From Kudoa neothunni (Eukaryota; Animalia; Cnidaria), in contig OZ199838.1 in assembly GCA_964304625.1 (NCBI GenBank), forward strand, positions 5,934,443 to 5,998,442: 64,000 nucleotides of DNA, written 5' to 3'. A program made the translations under genes and the position numbers. Positions 53,800-64,000 of this stretch are shown here, piece after piece. Numbering within the stretch: position 1 is the first letter of the stretch; each line of letters starts with the position of its first letter. The notes under the pieces were generated by a model that was given only the letters and a program-made list of their open reading frames with translations, searched no databases and was not told the origin of the DNA.

Positions 53800-54620
53800 G
53801 GATGTTGTCAAAAAGAATTGAATTAACTGCCACCGACATCAAAGAAAGGAGAAAAGAAATTACCATCAAATGCAATATTCGGGTGGTTTCGATGTTTTAA
53901 ATCAAGATTTTAACTCAATAAAATAAACTTCCGCGGAGAATCTGACAATGTTGACTCATGTATAAGTTCTGAATGACTTTATTAACTTAAAAACTTATAT
54001 GAAGGATACGATGATGATTTTACTTAAAATATAGACGAACCAGCTCTTATTTACTAACAGCAACGAGTTACATATTTTCATTTTCTATACTTGCGTATTT
54101 TATATTGGAAATTATCGTTATGTAAGCTCCATGGAAAGTCACATAAAGGACATAAAAGGTCTAAAGAACGCATGGCAGTTTTATTTAGTGGCTTATTTGG
54201 TGGAGATAAATTTGAACTTTTGGTTATTAAACTTAGTCAAAGTTGAAATGATTTAAACGTATAAATAGTCTCCCAGTTCTATATGAATCCAACACTTTTT
54301 GTTGGATGACTGGTGAAATCTTATTATATATAAAATAAATCGATTCCATGCTTATAAAAAATCCCAAAATATTCTAATATTTCTGGATATTGCAATCTCA
54401 CAATATAAAAAATCTTTCAGTAACATAAATCTGATCTCTTATCCAAAAATACTGAAATTTTATTGCAACTTTTAGATCAAGAGATTATTCAGGAATTCAA
54501 ATGTCCATATAAAAGGACAGTGATTGAGAGATTTATTTTACGTATCGATGTGGGATTAGAACCGATTCCTCCAGTCATTTTAGACGTGATGTTGTCGATT
54601 AAACAGTAGTAGGAGTATCA
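53800..54620 (+). pseudogene. Highly decayed pogo/Tigger transposase
   Basis: GWFRCFKSRF, FRGESDNVD, NIDEPALIY, ILIFLD, LQLLDQEIIQEFKCPYKR. Confidence 0.75.
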
Positions 54621-57600
54621 AAGCATACCTATAATTATTAGTTTAAAAAAAGGCAGGGTTCCATATCGATTACTCAATACTGCCTTAACGAATAACATCC
54701 TAATTAAACGGACAAAAAATTCGGTGAAATACGTGAAATCTCTTATCTGAATATGTTGGAAGAAGGGATTAAGGAGGTGATTGCTAATGAAATTTAAATA
54801 TTGAATATTAACTTGGTTAAATTTTTTAAACTTTTATCGTCTTTATATTGACGTTATGTATATGGTGAAGCGTATTGACAAAAAATCAATTTTTCGGAGG
54901 TAAATCCATTATCATACCAAAAAACTATGATTTCTTCGGAAGAGTTAAAAAGGATTGATTAGACATTCTAACTTCGTTGGAGGAGGTTACATTCAATATA
55001 ATTTCAAGAAACTTTACTCAGAGGAAAATATCTTATTCCTTTTATCTAAAAAAGATTAAACATTACAAAATCGAAAATTTATGCATTTTAGCGTTATTAT
55101 TTAACAAATAATTAAATATTTTTATTATTGCGCAATATCTATCTAATCGCGCGCATGAACTATAAACTCAATTATTTTCAGAAAAATTGTTATAAAAGTA
55201 CATTTCTAAATATACTTTACAATATTAGATATCCTATTCATCACTGGATAGAAATCATTCACTCTATTTGGGTCATAATTTAAAATGTTCAGCGTATTTC
55301 TGAGATAGCATTCTTCAGTTTCTCCATGTTTGATACATACGCAATGTGGTCATTTTCATTTTAAATAGATGGATTGTTCTTATAAGAATAAAAGCCATAT
55401 TCTATAATTTCTCATGTTTTGTATGATCTAACTGAATAATAATGATATAACAATCTTGTTAGATTTATTAAAAGTTGAGAATTAAAGGAAAACTTGATCG
55501 TCTTTGTGTATCTACAAAGGTGTTCCTTCTGAATTAATTGTCGATAAATTTTTCTTTTAAATCTAATATTGGGAATTTATTTATAAACAGATTTGGATTT
55601 ACCAAGGTTTGGTTGAGTAAGAAAAAGCAAATGATCTACGTAAGAACCATGACATATATGGGTGCGCGCGTGTAAAGAATGAAGTTATTATTTTACGTTT
55701 AATTCAATTTCGACATTCGTGATTTCATCTTATATAATCGTCAATATTTATATTCATTAAAAATTTTTTTAACAATGATTCAATTAGATATTATTACAGT
55801 TGAAAAACGTAATTAAATATTTTTATAAAAAACAGGCTTTAAAATGTTAATTTTTAATTGTGAGAAAAAAAACATAATTAAATCAAAAAAATGCTATTTT
55901 TTAAAATATATTATTCGCTTTTTAATACTTATTATTTATAATTATAGGCCTGTTTTCAGTATTTAAACATTTTTTTAATTACACTACTAAAATTTTTTTG
56001 CGGTTTTCAATAGCTAAATTTAAAAAATATGTGATTAATATTGGAAGATATCTACCATCGGATTTTTTAAACAGTTGTTTCCCATATTATAATGGTACAA
56101 ATCTATATGCTATTTATAATTAAAAATATAACACCTATAATAATTTTAATCAGGAAAGGTTAAACAGAAATATTATTTTTTTCTTATTAGTTTATAATTT
56201 AATTCCTCGATGCAAGTCTTATTTTCCTAAAAAAATATTATACTAGGAGTTACATAAAAATAAAAATTCTGCTCCATACAGCCGTTAGATTGCGCAGACA
56301 CCAACAAAACTTAGTAATGTTTCGAAGTTAATATAAAATATGATTATTTTAATAAACTTTTATACTCGTGAGTTATTTTGTTATTACTTCATTTTAATAT
56401 TTTATGGAAGGTTTAACGAATTTTTTAATCCATTCGCACCTTTATATACTTATCTTGCAAATTTTGGGTAATAGACATTTTAGTTTATTATTACTCATTA
56501 GAAGTTTATTTTAATTGATTCATTAAATCGAAAGAAAGTAAAATTTAATCATATTGTTATTACTGATTGTTGTTGGTCAGATTCTTCCAAGATTCTATCG
56601 GGCCACGTATATTTTATTTATCATCAATTTGATCATCGATTTAGGATCTCAGAGATATATGCATCAAAGAAGTCAATTTATATTCAGTAATTAAGCTTAC
56701 AGTTTTCCATATAAAATATTTAAATGTCATCCACATTGTTAGCATTATACATTTGTCGTAATTGCATCAATAACATTCAATACAATAAAATTATTTTCTA
56801 CATTGCCGCAAAAATATTTTTTAATTTAATCAGAAATTAAAACTCTGCTCTAATGAAGAAATTTATTCTGTATTTTTATTATCATCCATTTTATGAAAAA
56901 TATTAGAGTTGACTTAACCCTAAAAAAATCTAATAATGAAGGCGTACAAAACTTTTTATTATTATATTTTTTGTATTTATGTACAGTGACCACACATATA
57001 GTCTAAAACCAACGAATCTACTCAGTTTTAAAGAACGACATGCAATCCTGAAATAAAACCAAGATACTAATAAATTTAGGCACGTGGATAAAATTTATAG
57101 TTATAAAATATTCCCGTTTTTCCGAAATGACCATTACTTCAACTTTTGTAGTTTAATGAATTAACCCAGAATAATTTTTATCAATATATAAATATAAAAA
57201 TCACTAAATAATGATTATACACGTTGATTTGGAGACATTGTTAAATTTAATAGTAACTAAAATTAGTGCGCAATACCAATTTTCTAGCATTTATAAAGAA
57301 CATTTTTTAAATAAATAATTTCAAGTGTTTCCTTAATAGCTTATAAGACTTATAAGATAGAACTGCACCTTAGAAAACGATAAAATAATGACACAAAACG
57401 AAAAGTGTGCAATATCCACCTACGCAATACCGTTGTTGATTGTAAGTGTTAAATGACGTAACCAATGGGAGACACTATTTTTCGCGGGTCTGAGAGGATT
57501 GCGTAAATCAGGTAACTGACCAGATTTATGTTCATCCTATTCCTGTATAGTTTAGATTATTTTGAGAAATATATTGTTTGTTTTTCGTTAAATTAAAACA

Positions 57601-57848
57601 TAGCAATTTTAAAATAAACTACATGTCAAATATAGATATTTTCATATGTATATTACATTGTATAACTATGCAGAATATTTTGTGATGGTTATACTGAGGA
57701 GAGAAAGTGAGTTATTTATTTTCGAACACATCTATAAGAAGGATATGTTTTTATGGAGATAACGATTATTACACGTTCCAATAGAATATCGATGAATGTT
57801 AACATGAGTTTGAGATTTGACAATGAAATTTTTTAATCACTTGAGGAT

Positions 57849-58263
57849 TCATAAACTAACGATTTTGTCAATAATTTGATTTGCCATCTCCTTTGTGAAT
57901 AATTTTTTGAATACCACCTTGATGAACGAGAGTTGAGCTAAATAGCTGGAATGTGGATTGCGATCCAGCCAACAGTAGATCATTCGAACCGCAGCCCAAA
58001 TAGAGTCCTTTTTTTGAATGTCGTTTATCACTTCCAGCACACTGGAACCAAATTCCAAAGGAAATTTGTATTCCCATTTGTACACCATTATCACACAATA
58101 GGCGATGTGATGTATTTGTTCTGCGGTCAACTTTCGCTTAGAGTTTTCATACTCTATATGTATATTTGTTTGTTAGATAAAAGTATAGAAATTATTTATA
58201 TATACTAATAAGTTTGTTGGAAATTTTCACGGGAGGTTTCATCTCGTTCTCAACAATAATCAT
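57849..58263 (-). CDS. Small death-domain-fold protein (start uncertain; upstream exons possible)
   Basis: LTAEQIHHIA..V...WE..F..EFG.S..EVINDI......AAVRMIYCWLDRNP.SSYLAQL matches the death domain pattern; joined in frame to an upstream exon by a short GT-AG intron. Confidence 0.55.
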
Positions 58264-59439
58264 CGCACTTGAGGAGACACTGCTGTTAGTCTAATTTTTT
58301 AGATTAATATAAATTATACTATGTATGTGCTTTGATAAATACGAAATTCAAATATTCAGTAGTAACCCTATGTGGCGGAAAATAATGAGGTTAATTTCAA
58401 ATGTGGATATGATTAGATTTTTTGTAACAAACAGCCATAAATAACCATGACTAAAATATTTGGAAATAGAAACATAACATAGAAGCAAATAGATTAATTG
58501 TAATTATGAGTAGTTTATTTACGGTTAATAACAATTAGGCCCGTATAAAATATTATTTATTTAAATCATAAATAACATAATTGTTAGCTAGTAGCATTTG
58601 AAATAATAAGACAATTTTAAAATATATCTATAGATAAATGATTCCACAAGTGAGAAAAGTACGTTAAAGATTTATTTAAAGGTGAAGGATAATTTTGACA
58701 AACCTAAAATTAATCTGTTCTAAATAACGACGAATCTTTTTTTATTTAGAAAAGTTTTAGAGTACGTATTTTTATAATATGAAATATAAGAATACATAAA
58801 ATAGGGGATATATTTTCATCCAACAACTCTCGCTCAGCCGATCTTCTGAATATAAATATAAATATATTCTGAAATTTTGAACGCAAAAATATTATAGTAA
58901 ATGTTCAAAATAAATAATTTTTCTTAACTTAGTTTATAAAAAATCCATTTTACGTTTTTTCTATGTACTGAGATACAATTCGATTATTATTGTTTTAAAA
59001 TGCCAAAAAAGCCCAGGAAATTAATTTATTGTTCATAAAAATATGAAAAATTATCTAAATTTGATCAAAAGCGGTCTTTGAGTCATTTCGCAAAGTTTTT
59101 ATTATAAGCTTAATTAGTGTTTTTCAAAAGTCAAATTGCTAAACAAATCTTATTTTAATTACTCTAAAATTTTCCACAAAAAATAAATGTAAACAAAAGT
59201 TGAAAGACATTTATTAAGAAAACATTTAATGTTTTCTTAATAAATCTAAAAAATGATTAATAATTTTAATTTCGAATATTACTTTTGTATTAATTTCCAT
59301 AATTTAAAGTTAAAATTCCCCACCAAAATTTAGTTATTTCAATACATTGTAATTAATTTTTTCATTAAACACTAATTTATTGAATATTTCCTCCCATTCT
59401 TATATATCAATTATCTACATATAAACACTTTAATATTAA

Positions 59440-60030
59440 CCCTTAATAGGTGACCTTGGCTCCACGTACCCATCTGAGCAGTAAATTGAACATAATTCAT
59501 TCAAGAAATTTTTTAAACGTTTTTATTACACGTAAATTGTTAAATTTTTATTTTAGGCCAATGTGACGCTAAAAAGGATTATGACAATAGCAATGTGGTT
59601 TATTTTATTTAAAAGTTAATCTCACAATTACGCATATAAGTGTATCAATGTCAGGTTCGAATTTCTCAAATCAATTATCTACTGACAAATTATCGATACG
59701 GTTGCTTTTAGTTCATTTATTGTGTCTTTTTAAAGAATTCCGGAATATATGAAAGATAAACCTAATTGCCGACGACAATTTTTATTGGATATATTCTCCT
59801 CGTTGATTGTAAACCACCTTCAAGCGTTCTCTTGGAGCACTAGGATTTAAATTCAATAAAAAAATTTACCTGTTTGAGTTTCCCTAACAATAAATTATTT
59901 ACCGTATATCATGTATTTTTTATCGCGCAATAACGTCTTAAAGCAAGCAAATACAACTTAAAATATAATCCAATAAAGGATAGGAATTAATCCGGGTTGG
60001 CTCGTCGAACCCAAGGTCACTTATTAGGGG
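59440..60030. mobile_element. piggyBac-type MITE (591 bp)
   Basis: TTAA|CCCTTAATAGGTGACCTTGG ... CCAAGGTCACTTATTAGGGG|TTAA. Confidence 0.88.
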
Positions 60031-60186
60031 TTAATCCAACGATCAATAATATCAAGTCGATAAAGCCAAATTAATAATGTTTATATTAAACAAATGCTGA
60101 ATTAAGCATATCCAAATTGATGATAAACTCTGATTGATCGCCACATAAAACCTTATAGAGAGCAATAAACCGCTCTAAGTTGGATT

Positions 60187-60755
60187 TCACCACCACTGCA
60201 TTAAGTGTATAAAATAGCTCAGCAGCAATAAATGATAATAATAGACTGATAATACCTGATGTATGGGTTCAGATTTTTCGCGATGTGACTGAGAGTTAAT
60301 GACGATGGTGGACTTTTGGCTTTTTTTTGAAATGAAGATATCTGAAATGGCACGACCAAGTCGATTTTTAAAACGATTATTCAATTTCGACGTGAGATGT
60401 TGGTTTTCTTCTTCCAACTTAGTAAGAGAGACTTTTAGGCGATTATTTTCTTCATTATAAACTTTCATTTGATCTTTCCAGTGTTTTAGTTCCAGTTTCA
60501 ATTCTGCTATTCTGTCTTCAGCTTCTTGGAGACACCGACTTGAGTGCTAAAAATGAAAGTCAGTTTTCCATTTGAAAATTACATAAAATTAAAACAAAAT
60601 TGTAATCTCTCTGTTGGTTGATATTTGCGTTCGCTGATATAAATGATGCTCACCATTTCATTGTTACGATAAAAAAATAGTTTTTCAGAAAATGTGGCCG
60701 CCTCACCAGGTTGTTTTAGTGAAGAACTGAGATCAGCAGATGTCCAAGAGCTCAT
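60187..60755 (-). CDS. Small coiled-coil protein of unknown function
   Basis: ATG 60755 MSSWTSADL...RNNEM, GTGAGC..TTTTAG intron, then heptad-rich LQEAEDRIAELKLELKHWKDQMKVYNEENNRLKVSLTKLEEENQHL; 3' end uncertain. Confidence 0.55.
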
Positions 60756-61131
60756 TTCCGCTAGTTGGCGTTATCTGACTGACAGTAATTTTCAGACAAA
60801 AATCCACCTGAGAGTTGTAGGGATTGAGTAATTCCGACTGGAATTTGACCAACAGTTCCCAGCCTTATTAATCACAAAGCGAATCCTCTCTCTTTGATCT
60901 ACCCGCAACCGAAATAACTTTCCCATTTTTACCAATCATATAGGAATTAAATAACGCCGAAACACACTATCCATTCGATACACAATAAAAACACATTCAA
61001 AACCCATAAAAATATCACATATAAACAATTAATAAAGGATTAACATATTATTTCTACACAGGAACTAAAATTATCCTCCTATCCATCGTCCACTGCATGT
61101 TAATGCAATCGACAGTTTCTTTAGTTCAAAA

Positions 61132-62794
61132 TCAGCTGGACGTCACACCATCTATCAATTTTTTGATTCGTATATATTCATCACACGAGGGAGTTGGGTA
61201 GTTTTGAGCTTCCAGTCTAGTCTTTTTATTGCCCCACAACATTGCATTCATTCTCAAATGTTCTCCTTGTTGTGCCGAAAATAACGCCATTCAAATTATC
61301 CATACATACACACATACGAACACAAACAAATACTTGTCCTTTGTTCGTTGTAACAATCATTTTGTAGATGGCGTAAAAAAATTCCTTCTATTTCCACTTC
61401 GAGAATGTTCAATTTTTTTCCTTGATACTCATTCGAAAATCCAGACTAATAATGTAATTATAAAAGCCATTATCGTTTATAATTCGTGATATGTATCAAA
61501 TAAATGGATTAGACTTACTTTAACATAGTACGGTACCTTGCAGAGATGTGTATATTTTCTAGTTGTATACAATCTATCATTTAGTTAATTAATCAATTAA
61601 TTCATCACTAAGAAACTAGTTCCTAAAAGAATTACCCATCTTTTTGAAAACTATAAGCAGGGTCACTTTGAAATAAGTGTGACAGAATTGATATCAAAAT
61701 AAACAAGAAAACAGGCAATAGTTGTATTAGATAGGAATGATTTTGTCGATGCGCATTATGTTGTGACGGGTGAGTCTAAGATTAAAAACGTAAGTGAATG
61801 AAATATTTAAAAAACACAAATCACATTGGGTGTAGATCGAGTGCGACGAGTAGAATATTGTTGGTTGAGGTTTGGGTGGATATGGTGAGTAAAGACATGA
61901 GCTCCATTGAATGTGAAAGTATCTATATAGCAACGAATCTAGTTACCAACACAGCCAAATACAACTATGATTAAATTACTGAAACCTGGCCCCATGGCTC
62001 CATGCATTGCTGCATTGGCAAAAAATTGAGCAAATAAATCATGTGCAGACATTTGATTATCTGAGAATAAAAAATTCAGTAACATAAAAAAATATTTAGA
62101 AAAATTACTATAAAACCGATTTTGATTAAATGGCGAATGAGACTGACGATGCTCGTCATCATCAGGACCAACTTCATCGTATTCTCGACGTTTCGCAGGA
62201 TCATTTAGAATAGTGTACGCGTTGCTTACCGCTTTAAATACATCACCAGATCCAGGAGCCTTATTTTTATCGGGGTGGAATTTAAGGGCCATTTTTTTGT
62301 AGGCTTTCTTTAAATCAATTGACGCTGCGGTTTTCGACACGCCAAGAAGTTCGTAAAAATCTTTACATTTCTTTGCTCTGTTAAACAGAATATTTTTAAT
62401 TGATACAAAATTATCATATCACAACCACCAATCAAATCCGATCTAATGATTAGAACGGTCAGCATACTTTTTAACTTGCTCAAGTTGATGTTGCGTGTAC
62501 ACAGGAGGAGTAGGTTCAGTGGAATCGTTAGAGTTGGAAGGTGGTTCTTCTTTGACCTCACTTTCATTTGTGATATTATTTATTTTGCTTTTGGTGGAAT
62601 ATCTTTTCATTTTTTCATATTTATCTAGATAAAAAATTAACTATATTTGTATTCAAATATTACAAACCCTCATTAACAATAGATTCATCCATCCTACGAG
62701 CTTTCGATATGAATTTGAATGCTTTATTGTAGTCACCTTGGGCAAAGGATTCATCTGCTAGTGAAACACATCGCTGCGCCTCATCCTTGTTCAT
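61132..62794 (-). CDS. DNAJB12: DnaJ homolog subfamily B member 12/14 (ER membrane J-protein with DUF1977)
   Basis: MNKDEAQRC..A N-terminus, YTQHQLEQVKK..CKDFYELLGV, KFHPDKNKAPG J-domain, TM segment, C-terminal CYNEQ...TPSCDE; multiple short introns. Confidence 0.92.
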
Positions 62795-64000
62795 TCTTCT
62801 TAATCCGGAGTGACATGTCGGATGATTTCGGTTAGAAACCTCATCTGTCGCGGTGTTAGGGGTGATTATTGAGGAAGATTTTTTTGATCATTAACATTAA
62901 TAATCTTGACTGGTTTACTTTATTAAAAAATACGGAGATGAATACCAATTGTATAGGGTAGTTATCAAATAGCCACAATGCACATACAGATTTAGTTTGG
63001 TTGTTTGACGCCAAATTACATGTTCTATTTGCGATGCAAGTTAGTATAAAACTCCAGATAAGATTTTTTAGATATAAAGTCGTATTGTTAGGAAATTGAT
63101 CCATAATTTGTTTATTTATTTGAGTAATTGAATAATCTTATATCAATTAACATTATTTTTGAATAGTTTCACCTAAAAATATTAAAAAAAATAATCGTGT
63201 ATAAACAAAAAAGACTAAAAGTAATAATATATAAATATAAACAGTTATATTTGTATACTTATAGAATTCTTAAATCCAATCAAATTCGGAAGCTACTACT
63301 AGCTGGATAGAGTTACACCGGAAAGTATTTCTTTGATGATAGCTAGAAACATTTATTTATTGATGTAAGCAACTATTTCCGATAATTTTTGAATCACCCA
63401 CTATAAAATATTTATTTTTATTATGCGAAAATGAAAGATTTTGTAATTAAGATTGTTTAATGTTGTTTTCACGCTTTTTACTTTTAAGTAACAAATATAT
63501 GGCTGCCGGTCGTCACAGTCGTTTAATTAATAATTATAAAACACGGAGATAAATGTATTTCATCTAAATTGTTCGATTCAATTTGTTATTCAAGATCCAA
63601 GATTTACCAAGTTTCGAACTAACATTGAAAGTTACCTAAAAAGTCTTAAATCTAATTTTATCCATGTCATCACTTCTTTTTTACGTATCATAATCTAAAC
63701 CAGTTAATCTCAAAATAGGGTATAAGCCATAGTGCTGCTAAAGAGAGAATAAATTGATCATGATACGAATGAAATAGATCAGATGTGGACAAATGGGTTA
63801 GAGCAGTATTTCCCAACATGAAGCATGAGAATTTTAGAACTTTTAATGAACCACTCTGGTAGGACGCGGAAAATCTCGAGTATTGGTGTCACACGGATAA
63901 TGGTGAGATTATTGGGAAGTATAACGTACTTTGAAGCCAATATCGGGATTTTCGATATTGTTTATTTTTAAGTGACGATTAATATCATAATAAATACAAA

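Noticed and set aside
1-64000. Most short ORF-track entries, CRISPR arrays, rRNA, and (TA)n runs
   Set aside because: Short ORFs are antisense or off-frame shadows of real exons or AT-rich noise; no regularly spaced repeats or rRNA motifs; microsatellites are ordinary

Overview
AT-rich eukaryotic (animal) genomic DNA with very short GT-AG introns (mostly 35-80 nt) and dense, decayed DNA transposons. This is compatible with a compact-intron invertebrate such as a myxozoan or orthonectid, but the taxon cannot be fixed from the sequence. Host genes reconstructed by hand: PP4 catalytic subunit, TCF/LEF (HMG box + C-clamp), DNAJB12/14, an intronless class A GPCR, a disrupted p66/GATAD2 homolog, a small death-domain protein, a small coiled-coil protein, and the 5' part of an unknown gene running off the left edge. 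Transposon remains include IS630/Tc1 (DD34E), pogo/Tigger, hAT, MULE/SWIM, piggyBac, three non-autonomous Helitrons and several MITEs. The most interesting observations: (1) an intact, spliced, TIR-less gene at 6671-7712 whose product aligns end to end with IS630/Tc1 transposases but has lost two of three catalytic residues, a candidate domesticated transposase; (2) a GC-rich ~620-nt island with many complementary segments at 12.4-13.0 kb; (3) a GPCR with D2.50->R and N7.49->E substitutions; (4) concentric nested inverted repeats at 41.4-47.9 kb. All alignments and splice models were made by eye; no database searches were run.
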